Source: Diadema antillarum
Lineage: Eukaryota
Direction: 5' to 3'
DNA: 64,000 nucleotides
NCBI RefSeq assembly: GCF_040938485.1
Contig: NW_027270935.1
Coordinates: 682,001-746,000, forward strand
Positions 40,898 through 53,694 of the stretch are shown here, in pieces. A program made the position numbers and the translations under genes. The notes under the pieces are model-generated. The model did no database searches. It saw nothing but the letters and a program-made list of their open reading frames with translations, and was not told the DNA's origin. The stretch's first letter is position 1. Every line of letters begins with the position of its first letter.

Positions 40898-41805
40898 GTA
40901 ACATCAGTACCCGGTATGTATATAAATTTAAACTTCAGATCAATGGACAGGTACAACAGACATTCAAAGCAAGGAAAGCTCTTCAAAATATATATCCATA
41001 CTTTTTCTCTCACTTCCAAATGGTTTGATTTGATAATTGGAGCTAAATACTGTATGTAAATTTCACCTGCTACAATGTATTTACATTGGAATTAATCTGA
41101 AAATGTGTGTGCTTGGGGAGGGGGGGGGATTGCCAAAGTGCTGTTGGTGTTGCATGTGTAATGAAGGGGAGGAGCAAAGGCAATACACTGTACACACATG
41201 ATGCACCCACAGGTCACTGGAACAGTTTACGAAAATAAGAAAAATTACATATACAATTGTACAAAACTGTATTTCCTTCTAACAGGTCATTATTGTTACT
41301 CCTATGTTTTTGGGTAGGGTCTTACCTAAAGCTGGTCAAAATGAAAAACCACAAAGTTTACGTATGTGAGCATACATCTATGTGAGAAATTGGGTTTCAA
41401 AACTCTCAAATGAATTTTCAGGTCAATAATAATTACATCAATTCATGAGTGCATGGATTGTGTACTTACAATGACAGTAAATTGAGAGTATGTGTTTATT
41501 AATTCAGCTTCTCTAGCTGTAAATACATTATGGGTGAATGTGATTGGAGAGCAAACACAGGACAGGAGAGTACTGCAGGTTGATCTTGATTCTTTCTGTC
41601 CTTTTGATGCCTCTTTTATTCACAGCAAACCACTGTGTCTGAATTCCCTGAACAGATAACTAGACATGATGTACAAAGTAGTTTTTATATCACAGCAGAA
41701 TTGTGAAGTGAATACAAGTATAGGCATTCTCCAACACTTGCTCTTCTTTTCCCTTGCTGCAAGTCCAACAAAAAGGCTATTACTCAACAAGGTAGACTAG
41801 AGACT

Positions 41806-42770
41806 ACTTATTGACTAATTACCCTTCATCAACATAAATAAGCACTGATTATTTAACCCTATTTCAACTGGGCTATTTGAGACCAGGCTTTTACTGAGGG
41901 GGGGGTCAATTTGACCCCCCTTCAGATCTCGGCCGCGGATTGCGCGATTGCCGCAAAATTTTGCCTAAACATAGAGCCAGACGTCAACTACAAGATTACA
42001 TGGTTATACAATCAAAAAAAAAATTGATTTTCTATTTTTAGTAAATTAATTGTGCAAATTTAAGCATGAAGTCATATTTTCACCTACAACTCCATTAAAA
42101 AGACTGAAGGATTGCTAAATTTTTGTGTCAGAGTTTCTCAAGACACATCGAACAATTATCTTGTAAAAAATTAGCACAATCAAAATCATTTTCTTTTGTT
42201 TTTTCTTGTTTTGTTAATTTCTTATGTATTTCATTGTTTTTTCGACCTTTTGTTTTCTATTGTTATTTTGCCAAAATTTGTTGCAGGTACTTTTTCAAGC
42301 TTATCTATATTAGAATCGATTAATTTCACTGGTTAAAAGTTGAAATAATCTAATTTATATCAATTTAACCAAAAAACAAAATTTACATTAAATTTGCACA
42401 CGATATCACAAATTTGAGCTGTTTTCGGGTTGACATGCATATGCAAAACATTACGTAACTTCAGAACGGTGTACCTGGACGTCGCAAATTTGGTCTCAAA
42501 ATATGCAGGAGACTTCAGTGAAAAAAGTCATGAAACAAAAAATCTTTGCGCGTTGCAGAATCGTAGCGCGAAATGTCGAGGGGGGGTCAATTTGACCCCC
42601 CCCCCAAGTTGGAATAGGGTTAATGTTCTAGTAGTAGCCATGATTGGAAAAAAAGAAAGTCATGGACATACACACTAGGGTATGCCTGTGATTTCTTTAT
42701 CATGGCTATTACTAGAACACTGAATAATGGGGGCTTGTTTACGTTGATGAAGGGAAATTTGTCAATAAGT
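41806..42770. mobile_element. Older ~195-bp palindromic (foldback) element split by a piggyBac-like insertion
   Basis: 41806-41852 joined to 42624-42660 is the reverse complement of about 42680-42770. Confidence 0.75.
41853..42623. mobile_element. piggyBac-like non-autonomous element (~770 bp)
   Basis: TTAA-CCCTATTTCAACT ... AGTTGGAATAGGG-TTAA. Subterminal palindromes GGGGGGTCAATTTGACCCCCC near both ends. No transposase ORF. Confidence 0.88.
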
Positions 42771-43062
42771 TGCAAAAAACAACAACTAAACACATGAATG
42801 CATTATTGATTTGAGTAAATTAGATGCATATGTAACTCAACAAGTAGAAAAACACTGCTGAAATATGCACTTCATTCTGCAAATATGCATGAATGATCTA
42901 CCATTATTCATATTCATATCTCATACAAAGTGCAAATGTCTATGCAACCAAATCTTACACTGTATGGCATCAACATATCAGTGAGATTTGATGTATATGA
43001 AAGTCCAATTGTCCATGAATAAGTCCATAAATATTTTCACCAAAGACTGTTGAGAATGTGAG

Positions 43063-46000
43063 CTAGAATCCTTTCTCCTCAAGCCACTGTCGAGCTTTAT
43101 CCTCATATAGCCCTTTGTAGCGTATCCTCATGGCGTACTCATTCACGGTGACTGGAATTGCTTTGCCTTCTTGCTCCTCAAGGTAATGCTGTAGATCTGT
43201 TGCAAGTGTCTGTAACACAAAACATAGGAAAATGAACTCAAAACCAACAAGACATTTCTGAGTATATCAGTTTCATCTATTGGATGCAGCCACAGAGAAT
43301 TCTTATAACTTTTTTGAGGTAGTACTTCAAGAGGACACCTGGCTGTGGCTAGTTTGTTAAACTCAACATGTGTATGTTATCAAAGCTTTTTAGCATTCCT
43401 CCCCACATCCAGCATTTCCGTAAACTTACAATATTCTGTAAACTTATCCTTTATTATGCATTGTGATGTAATCTATGTATTCAATTTCTGTAAAGTATTA
43501 ATGTTTCTGTTGGAAAAGGAAAAAAATGCATGAATAGAAATGAAAGTTGGCAACCAATCCTGGACATACTGTAGACACAAATACTTTCAGAAATTAGCTA
43601 TTTGCCAAAATCATTGGGACCACCCTCCCCTCCCCTCTAGTGGACCAAATGAGGCCATCTCCTTGCACTTAGTTAACTTGATGCTAATAAATTAAAGCTG
43701 GGCTAGTCTTCTCCCTTTCCTTATTTTTTTATTTATTCATTTTTTGCTTTTGTTTGCCAGAGCCTGGTCCCTACACCCCTTTTTGTTACTGTACTCATTT
43801 TAACAACTTGAAATTGTATAATCGTGTGGATAACCCCTACATCTCAGTCGGCTAAAATCTCCCTCTAGCACATTTTTCAAGAATGACAAATAAGAAAAAA
43901 ACAAACAACATTTTATCATTATTGCTCATGCCAAGATTCTTGCCAACATTGATCAACCTCAGGAATATCCTTCACAACTTGCATTATTCATTTGGTGTGT
44001 ATGTATATACTTCATGAACTTGGCTCAAGCAGCTCAATCTATGTCTTACATCTTTCAAGAGCAATAAAAGAATAAAGTTTGAATGATTTTGCTGGTTGGT
44101 TTCCACATAATCACAGTGATACCCTAGCTTAAATGGACTGACTTTATAATAGACTTACAGAACTGAATACTGTTTGTCATGGAGAACAGGAAGCGAAGCC
44201 TTACCCATATATCTCCTCTAACATGCTTGATGACAGTCCAATGCTGGTTTGAGCTCCTAGTTTCTAGGTACACTGGAACAGCATGGAATCTTGTCCTTTT
44301 CACCCTGTATGGTGTATCAGCTGAGGCTCCTATGGGTTAAAACGATAAACAATTGAAATTGTAAAATTGTATCACTTTGTAGCTCGAAAACAATGTCTGT
44401 CATTTCATTATGAATCATGCAAAACGCCTACATCTGTTTAAAACTGGAGCAGTAATTAAGTCCTACTTAAAGGCCCAGTAAAATGGGGAAACATAGAAAG
44501 TCCGATTGAATCATTCTTCATTTGCTGCTCACAGGGGTACATTTGAAAACCATCAGAAGTGCCCATTAGCAAATATATGTACCTTAAAGTGTATATGCAA
44601 TGATAATGGTCGATTCCACTTGAGATTCTTTGGCTGTGTGTGTACTTACACAGAGATAAGTGATAAGCTGCACACAATTCGTTTACAAGAATTCTCAAAT
44701 ATATCCAGGCCGGACCAGCCTTCCCACACAATGAATCCCCATGCTACCATTTACAGAACTGTTTATAAAGAAATATAAAACATATTAACTCACCTCACAG
44801 TCACTGTACATCATGAAATGCCCACCTGCTCAGCTGACTATAAGAACAACAAGCTCTACAATCAGTTATGCTTTTATTACATGCTTCCTTCTTACCCCCA
44901 ACTCGAAGAACAAAACTTCAGTTTGAATACCTTTTGGAGGAGACCATCCGGAAGGAGTTGGGTACACCTTGTGTTCAGGAGGTTGGGGGATCTGCAGTGT
45001 TGGTAAAAGACGCTCTACATGCTTAAAGTCCTCTTTGCATTCTATGACCTCTGTCCTTGCTTCATCTTTGATTGGCTCTCTCCTTGGGTAGGGTGAGATG
45101 AAGTAATAATTTCTCTTTGCTCTGCATGGTGAGGTGTGCAAAGGTCTTGGCATGGAAACCTGTCAAAGTCAAGACAGTAAAGGGACATGACACATTGAGA
45201 AGTTGAGAGAAAATGCATTCGAATATTCAAGAAATTATCATTATCAAAGTGTATTTGTAAATAAAACATTCAAATTCTTTGTCAATTGATGCATATAAAA
45301 TTAAATATCATTTCCAAGTATGATTTGATGTAAATATCTCATTCAGTCCATTGAAATCCTTCATTTTGTTACCTTTTTTGAACTGTTTTATTCCATTCCA
45401 ATTTCAAGTAGTTGAAACGGAATTGAGTATTTACAGTTCTTACATTGTACTTCATACTATACATTGTACATCATACATGTTTGCTTTGCGATTTTGTAGC
45501 TAGGGGTAAACTTAGTGTTATTCATTGCTAGACCTTGTAAATTGAGGGTGGATATGAAGATTCTCCAGTATGACCTATTTAGATTGCAAACAGCACATCA
45601 TACAAAATGACACCACATGAACTACACAGCACAGAAAGACAAACACAAACAAACAAAAGACATGCTATATTAATACAATAGCGATAAACACAAATAAAAA
45701 TACTGTGCATTAACATTGGTTGATAGTTATTAGTAACGAGAGGGCTGAACAAACGAGATGAAAACCAGTAATAGTATCTGGCAGTAAATTTAAATCTATA
45801 TCATCATCAGTGAGTGATTTGTCTAGCTTGTGACTGCACAAAGCATAAACTTTCCAATCAAGCAAGCAGTGAGTATGAGTGTCAGTGGTAGAGTGGAAAT
45901 TGGGGAAATTATTAACAGCAAGGACACCATTGTCACCAAAGTGAAAAACAGAACAATTTGGAGAATCCACGGGTAGGGCCCTGCTCACTCCCACAAGGCT

Positions 46001-46462
46001 ACACTATGAACACTTAGTCAAATCATTTCACGCTGTCCATGCACTGGCATAAATATACTTCTGAATTTATACCCTTTTTATATTGCTTTCTTTTCTTTTG
46101 GGTCCCCTGCCTGGCACAGGACCCTGCCTGTGCTGTGTCTAGATCTAGTCTGTGACTAACTGCGACCAGCAGCCCCAACGTACAACGGCGGGTCTCCGGG
46201 GCTAGTCTGTGACTACAGGTGCCGTGACTGAGGCCGAGTCATTATGGCATGGGCGCGCGCGTGGGATGTCTGTGCGACCTCTCGAAGAAGAGCGCAGTTC
46301 GTGGCAATCATCTCATACACGTAGTATTAGATTCTGTCAGAAACAATCAAAACTCACCACTGGATTGAATCTTGTAACTTGCCCTTCATGTCGACCGTGA
46401 AAGGAGCTCATCCATGGTTTCAGTCTAAGAAAACGCACAAGTGACCACCTGGGCGCCGCCAT
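43063..46462 (-). CDS. MRPL49: Mitochondrial ribosomal protein mL49, 201 aa
   Basis: Exons 46462-46358, 45159-44931, 44329-44205 and 43209-43063, with phases 0/1/0 consistent. Motifs EDFKHVERLLP..IPQPPEHKVYPTPSGWSPP, PYRVKRTRFHAVPVY, VRGDIW and terminal WLEEKGF*. The Arg-rich N-terminus resembles a mitochondrial presequence. Confidence 0.95.
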
Positions 46463-46550
46463 ATTTCAAGCGCTTGATCATACATTTGAGGTTGGCGGCG
46501 CTGTTTCCCCAAGAATTTCTTTTCCTTGCGACATCGTGGATTTACGAAAG
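46456..46550. promoter_or_regulatory. Bidirectional MRPL49/FAU promoter core and putative FAU non-coding exon 1 (46519-46550)
   Basis: TTCTTTTCC TCT-initiator/5'TOP tract at 46517-46525. AAG|GTGGTG donor at 46551. YY1-like GCCGCCATATTT overlaps the MRPL49 ATG. TSS and donor are inferred. Confidence 0.6.
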
Positions 46551-48589
46551 GTGGTGAAATAATCTCCCCATATAATGCAAAATTTAAGACTTAGATTGTA
46601 TCTTTGCGATCAGATATCAATCAGACAGTGTCATATATGACTGAGGAATTTTGACTTTCTTTGTGAGTGACTCTTCATGAGATTTGATAGGCCATTTGTA
46701 CTGTTTGAAGGGTAAGATAGTATTTACTTGTGGCTGTGTGGTGTGGGAGCTAACGTGATTAGAAATGCTTGGGCCTGTGTTAGATACACGCACGTAATGC
46801 TGTGCTGTGTGTATGTGTGTGATTGAAGCATTGCATTAGATGTCGACGATATGCATTGCCATTGCATTGGGCCAAGCGTGGAGTTTCTGAATGGCCTAGC
46901 GTAGCGTTAATCACTGTAGGAAGCTCAGCCATCATCGCATGCTACTGCTTTACTATATTTCCCATCCATTTTCGCACTTTTGTCATTCAATTTCAAAGAT
47001 TTATTATTCAATTTTGTCCCGAGAAGCACGTGGAACGCAAATCCTAACTACAGTTTTGTCAGTTGTCATGGGACATTGTAATAATGTATGAATTGTAATT
47101 CGTTTTTCGTCAAGCATTTTTGGGTAATCATGTAGAAATGCACACCTACCGTTCGCTTCGCTGTTTGTCAATAAAATTTTGTGCAGCTATTGGAGATGCT
47201 AAATTGAACCATATCAGAGAGTTTCCATTGAATTAGAAAGCCGAAAAGGTAAGAAAAATGAGAAATCGGAGTTGAAAAGTACGTCGGTCGCGAACATAGT
47301 CTCCAACGTAAAGTGGTGCACCGATTTCGCAGAGAACGATGTCAACGATTGTAATCGATTCTGGTAGTCTCTAATCAGCCGCTTACTAACAATATCGAAC
47401 TTGACTCGTGCAATACGTGTAGCCCCTACTTTCTTTTTCGTATTTTTTTCCTTATTGTTAGCTCACCTGAGTCGAAGGCTCAAGTGAGCTATTGTGATAG
47501 TTGTTTGTTTTCATTGCCACTATCATGATTATCACTATTCAAATTATTGATACGATTATTCATACCAGGATTAAGACACCGATCCTTTCTTTAAAAATTG
47601 TGGCAAGTACAAATGTATTGATTTCATCATGACAAAAGTTGATAATAATTCAAATTGAATAGTGTTGAAGGGAGTAGAATGAGGTTGACGGAAAAGTGGA
47701 AGAAAAAGGTTAGGCTATTACCAGGGAGAGAGAAAGAGAGAGAAAAGAAGATGAGAAGGAAGTTGAATTCAAAGGGGGTTTGTTTCTAGTACCTTCATAA
47801 TTTATAGGCCTAATTAAATTAATAAATTAATGAGAATAGTATTACTAAAAGTGTATGTTACACAATCATGTATTGTGGACTTCTTAAAGTGCTCATTTTA
47901 CCTAAAAAGAAACAGAATATTAATTGAAATGGTAATATGTTTTTGATTGATAAGTTCAACTTAAATTGTTTTTATGATAGTATTTATTTTTCCATTTCAT
48001 TTTCTTAGTTATGTATACAAAAACTGCAACCCCAGTAATGAGTATTTGCTTTTGTTTTGTGGTAAAAATCAATTTTATTGTGCAATATTCATAATGGATA
48101 ATTCCCATTTTTTCATATATCTTTTACTGTTTTGTACACATATTATCTGTCCAACATTTAGTCAGCAAAAAAATGTTGACAGATATACAGTCACACGCAG
48201 GAGAAAATTACATAAAACGATAAAAAACAGACGCATCAAGATCACTTTCTTTCTTCCACATTTTACTGTCGAGCCGACGTAATTATTGTGGTTAAACACC
48301 AAACAAGCGGCTGTATTACAGACTAAAACAATCGATTATCATCGTTATATCGCTCCTCCACATAATCGATCATCCATCATGCTACGCTGACACGGCCGTC
48401 GATCGGCGTACTTTTGAGTCAAAATTAGCTACTTTTCTTCTGCAATTGACTATGAAATTTCATGAAACCGTCAGATATGGTCCATCTTGACATTTCTGAT
48501 AGCCACAAGAAGTTTTCATTAACAAATTAAGGAAGGAAATGGTAGGTGTGCATGGTGTGCATTTCTACACGATTACCCATTTTTGAAGT

Positions 48590-49190
48590 CATGCATTCAA
48601 AATCGTCAATTGTCATTCAAATTCATCCCTCCTGCTGACTGTTCGCAGAATGTGAAGATCAAATTCGTTTTTGTTCACACAATTTCATGAATTTTTCATT
48701 CATATTAGCTAGATGTTGTCGTATGCGAGACGGTACGTCTGTTTGTATCAGTGTGTACTCGGATTGCTTGTGTGTGTACATGTGTGTCTGTATCTGTGGT
48801 TCTGTGTGTGTGGGGGGGGGGGGACACTTGTGTGTATGTCAACTCCTGAATGTAAAATGTGAACGGATACAGATAAAAAAATACATGAATGACTGGGAAA
48901 TCACACCGGATAGAGATATGAGACGAATATGAATGAAAATTTAACGAAAATGATTGACAAAAGACGAAATTGATCCTGCTGTTTTGAGTGCTGCGAGTGA
49001 GACTGACGAATTTGAACTGTAAATGACGAAAATGTATGCCAAATGACTAAATTGAATGGACTTATTTGAAAATGAATGACGAAAGACGAATTTGAAACTA
49101 AGATTGGCCTATTCCCGACATCCCGTGACGAAATTAAAGTAAAAATTTGTGAAATTGAATGAAAAAAGTTTGAAAATGAATGGGAAAACC
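48590..49190. repeat. Degenerate foldback element rich in GACGAAA/TTTCGTC subrepeats in FAU intron 1
   Basis: About 48657-48706 is the approximate reverse complement of about 48927-48976. The centre is (GT)n plus a G-run. Confidence 0.5.
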
Positions 49191-50006
49191 TATGGCTATA
49201 GTACCTGTGGCTGTACAGGTTATATATCTATACAGACAAAGTAAGTAATTCCCAGTTTAGCTCAGATTTAGAAGAAGATTTTGATTTACCAAAAGATTTG
49301 GATTTACCAAAAGATTTGGCCAAATCGTGATATCAGTCCCATCTCGTTCTGCATGTGCATCACCACTATGTGCAAAGTCTCTGGAGGTTGAAAGAAGTCC
49401 CCGGCTATGACGAAATTAATGGCGGTGAATGGAGTGGGGACCTATTTCGCGATAATGCCAAAGATTTTACTGACTTTGAAGATTTTCGAAGTGTTCATGT
49501 TTGACTTTTTCCAATATTTGAGTTACAAATGTTGGCCGCTCAGCTCAGTGCAGTATGAACGTGTATGGTGAACATTGCTTGGTTTTAAAGCTTAGATTGT
49601 GATTTTGATGCATGAATATTAATTAAGTGAAAGATGTTGATTACTCCATTATGAAAGTTATGTTCAGAAGTATGATGGGATTTTGCACTATGTGAAAGAT
49701 AACTTTATTGGGAGGAGTGATTGGCTTAAAGTCCGTAAAAAAAAAATAATAATAGTAATCAGAGGAAATGAATTTTAGATATAGCATCTTGTTCAGGAAT
49801 TATTACCAGAAAATCAAATCACAACTGAACAAGACCCATGACTTCCTGAGCTAGGGACCCACCTCACTAATTGTTTATCAAATGATCGCTCTTTCAAAGG
49901 AGACGAGGCATAGGATGATAGGGATGATGAAGCAGAATTATATCATTTTGTTGTTTTGCTTATAAATTGGTAACTAACTGGCTGTCTCTTACATTTTTGT
50001 ATAGAC

Positions 50007-50039
<33 letters not shown>

Positions 50040-50793
50040 ATGTTATATACACACTTCTTTGGGGGTGTTATTAAGAACATGGACTAGGCAGCATCTTTGT
50101 TGTATGAAGTTTCTTGATATTCCTGTTGAGAGTAACGAGGTTCTCTTGTTGTGTTCATATCTGAATGCCAATAGAAACAATATACACTGTACATACCATT
50201 TGATTCACACGCCATACCCCGGGGTACGGCATTGTGTAGCGCCATCACGTGTCCATTATTATTCAGTTGTGCAATGTTCAGTCATGGCAACTATTTTCTC
50301 ATCATCAGATAAGATGTATGCTATCAGTAAACACGCACTTCATCATTCATTCATTCATTGAATGCTAGAACATTATTGAAAGTAACTGACACTGTCTTGG
50401 ATAATAAACAAAATTTGATTTCCAGTCTCATTCAAAGTCAACTTTACAAAATCAGTTCTTACAATAACATGTACAATAATATTAAACAGTGAAAATTACA
50501 ACAGAGCATGTAAATGAAAAAAAAAATATTTGCATGCATTAATTGTTGCATAATCACAAACAAGAAAACAATTTGTGCATAATGATAGTAAAAAATTATT
50601 TTTACACATTTTTTGGTAACCCAGTGTACAGCACTGAAAAAAAAAAAAATATATATATATATATAATTCAACAAAATGGCAAATTTTCATTTAGTACCCC
50701 AGGGTACAACATATTGCATCATTTAACAATCTGAAATTACATCCTGAGGGAAATGAAAATCTTTTTTTTTTTACTTCTGTGCACAGCATCAAG

Positions 50794-52724
50794 ATGCAAC
50801 TGTTTCTACGAGCTGATCAAACCCTCACCGTTGAGGTGACTGGGGAGGAATCTGTCAGTGATCTGAAGGTAAGTTTAGCTGCCAAGCTTTTTGACATAAG
50901 CTGAACTATCTATCCCCCCCCCCCCGACCCAATGCCCAAATTCTTGAGCTGATGCTTTGTCAGAAATAACATTCTCAGTATACACATGTATTCCTATGAA
51001 TGATCTTGATCACATGATCAGGATGACAGTATAATTCAAGACATGATTATAACCAAGGATTGTGGGCCAAATATTGCAGGAATCATTAGGGGGGGGGGGG
51101 GGGGGGAGGGACTGGATGTAGTTTGTACAGATGATGGTTGTTCCTGAAAGGGAGGCCCCTAGGGTGGGCCCATGCATGCAAAAATAAGGTAAGTTTCATT
51201 CTTTTTATTTACATCCTCTGTTTAAAAACAAGTAGCTGGAATTCGACCAAACTTGGCAGGAGTGATCAGTGGTTAGACCCAAATACTCCAAAGTAGGAGG
51301 GTATTACACCTAAGAGGCCTACATCAATTCCTGGAAGTTCTTTTTTTTTTTTTTTTTTTTTTGAGGGAAAAAGGATGCCCTGCTCAAATTAGGGCTGGAC
51401 TTGTGGGTCTTTTGTTGTGTTTCGTCAGTGAATGAATGAATAAAATGACCATTATCACCTTTTATGCAGGTAATGATCCAGGGGCTGTCTGGACTTCCAG
51501 TCACAGAGCAAGTCCTCTCATGCTGTGGCACCCCACTGGATGAGGACCTGACCCTGACCCAGAATGGACTCCAGGACCTCAGCACAGTGGACCTCTCTGG
51601 CCGCCTGCTTGGAGGCAAAGTTCACGGCTCCCTGGCCCGTGCTGGCAAAGTGCGGGGACAGACGCCAAAGGTATCAATATACCAACACATATGTTAATGA
51701 CATGTTTGCTAGTCATTTAGTAGGTCAATGAAGCTGGTGTTTTCATAGTTCACAAAAATGGCTTGCCTGCTAATTTAAGTATAAAGTAAATTCAATAAAT
51801 CAGATCAGTGTAATATGCTTAATTATTCATTTTAACTGGATTAGCAACCGAACAATATTATGAAACAGTTTAATCAGAAAAGGCCATGACAGCAATATTA
51901 TACTATCATATATGTGTGATATTATCTCATTTTTTCTGCTGTACATGCATGCCAGGCACAACTCATATGTCTTGACTGTAGCACTAAATACTGATTTTGT
52001 GGCTGCACCTGGCAAGCAGCACTGTGTATTTGAGTACTCCCTCTAGAGCCAGAAACACTAAAATACTCTTCTGTAATGATCTGTGGTTTGTCACGGTGTT
52101 AAAGTTAGGCAGCCAAAGAATATAGTTGGTGTCCTGTTTTTCTGTTGACCCGATTCCGATGTATTTTGTCATTGCTTTTTAAGTTGTCTATTTTGTAGAA
52201 TGATATATGAAAGTGTTGAGGTGCCTTATTCCTATTTTTCTGGCATTTTATGTGACCTTTCAAGTTTTCTGCCACAAAGTGCCTTGCTATTGTCCTTGGG
52301 AAGTCAATAAGACATCTTAAATGATGGAAGGGAGTTTCAGTAGAAACCTTTTTTCCTCATGTGATGTAACAATACTGTTATCTGTTATCCCCTTTCAGAA
52401 TTTGGCAAAATTTACACAAACTAGTGTAAATAAAATTGTTATGCTTATTCATAGTTTTAGTGCTGCTGTTTATTTTCTTCATTGTAATGGAATGTCTGTG
52501 TTTCATAAATTGAAATTTTCTATACAGCAGTACAATTTTCACCTAAGGTGCCACTTTACATGAAGTGTCTGACATGTTTTATTTCATCCACTTTGTAGGT
52601 TGACCCTCAGGAAAAGAAGAAGAAGAAGGTCGGCCGCGCCAAACGCCGCATGCAGTACAACCGCCGCTTCGTCAATGTCGTCCAGACCTTTGGAAAGAGG
52701 CGTGGACCGAACTCGAACTCCTAA
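50794..52724 (+). CDS. FAU: FUBI-40S ribosomal protein eS30 fusion, 133 aa
   Basis: Exons 50794-50868, 51470-51670 and 52599-52724, all phase 0. A 74-aa ubiquitin-like domain ends in RLLGG, followed by the 59-aa [18 protein letters not shown]...[19 protein letters not shown]. Confidence 0.98.
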
Positions 52725-52800
52725 GTCATCGTTGCAACTTTCATAGCCCACAAAATGTTGCTCAATTCTACTGTAAAATAATACCAGTGCTATACAGATG

Positions 52801-52806
52801 AATAAA
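52801..52806 (+). terminator. FAU polyadenylation signal
   Basis: AATAAA 77 nt after the stop codon. Confidence 0.75.
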
Positions 52807-53694
52807 ATCATATCTGCATACTAGCAACAGCACTTGCATATGTCAAGACTATTTTATACTGTGACATTCTTTTTAAGGTTTTAGTATTCTGAGAGACGGG
52901 TGTATTTGTTTCTGCCAATGAGGACACACATTTCACACAAAAAGAAGCTTACACTATTAGTTCTGCAAAGCTTGCAATTTGAAATGCCTATGGGCCAGTG
53001 ATGTGTATTCAACTTTTTTGTTTGTTTGGATGTGATTTCTGTGATCTTTTTCCAATAGTAAAGTGAAATTGAGACAAACAACACACAAAGCACTGGAGAT
53101 GAAGAATTAAAATGGGAATTCACTGTCATTAATTTCTCAATACAATGAATTTGATGAAGTGTAAAATTCATGAAACAGCAGTAAAGGAAGCTGTATTTTT
53201 TTTGCCCAGTGCCAAAATGCACATGCACATCTATCCCCTTGTGGTTGTTAATATGGACTTACACGTATTACATTTTGCATTTATATGACCCTTTCATACC
53301 TTTGAACCGTCACCTTGGTGGAAATGAGGTTATCAGGTACTATTAGCGACCCCAGATTAAAGTTGTGATAGACAGAAAGTGGCATGTGTATGAGTGTGTA
53401 TGTGTGTATGTATGTGTGCGCACGCATACAGTCGTCGTATGTAAGTGATTTTTAGGAGAACAGGAGTTATAGAAATGTCAGTGTTAAGCGCTATATAAGT
53501 GTTATTCATTATCATTATATAGGGTTTACATTTTTGTGCACGATATGTGCTTTATTATTGAAACATTGTTTTCTATTCGTACAGTTCCTGCTCAAATAAC
53601 TTCAGACATCGACGGGTAGAATCATTTTGTTTGTAAACAATGCATGTCTCTGCATCGCTGTTTTCACACACCAAGCAAGCATCATATAAGTAAC

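Noticed and set aside
41470-41516. Minus-strand 47-nt segment with AG/GT borders between MRPL49 and CMC2
   Set aside because: Non-coding and contains AATAAA. It could equally be a poly(A) region or chance; there is no evidence for read-through splicing.
45710-45994. 94-aa minus-strand ORF in MRPL49 intron 1
   Set aside because: No homology recognisable by eye and no convincing splice or start context.
46551-52598. Intronic snoRNAs or tRNAs in FAU, RIOX1 or MRPL49 introns
   Set aside because: By eye I found no paired C (RUGAUGA) and D (CUGA) boxes with a terminal stem and no tRNA T-loop (GTTCRA) context. A covariance-model search could still find divergent ones.
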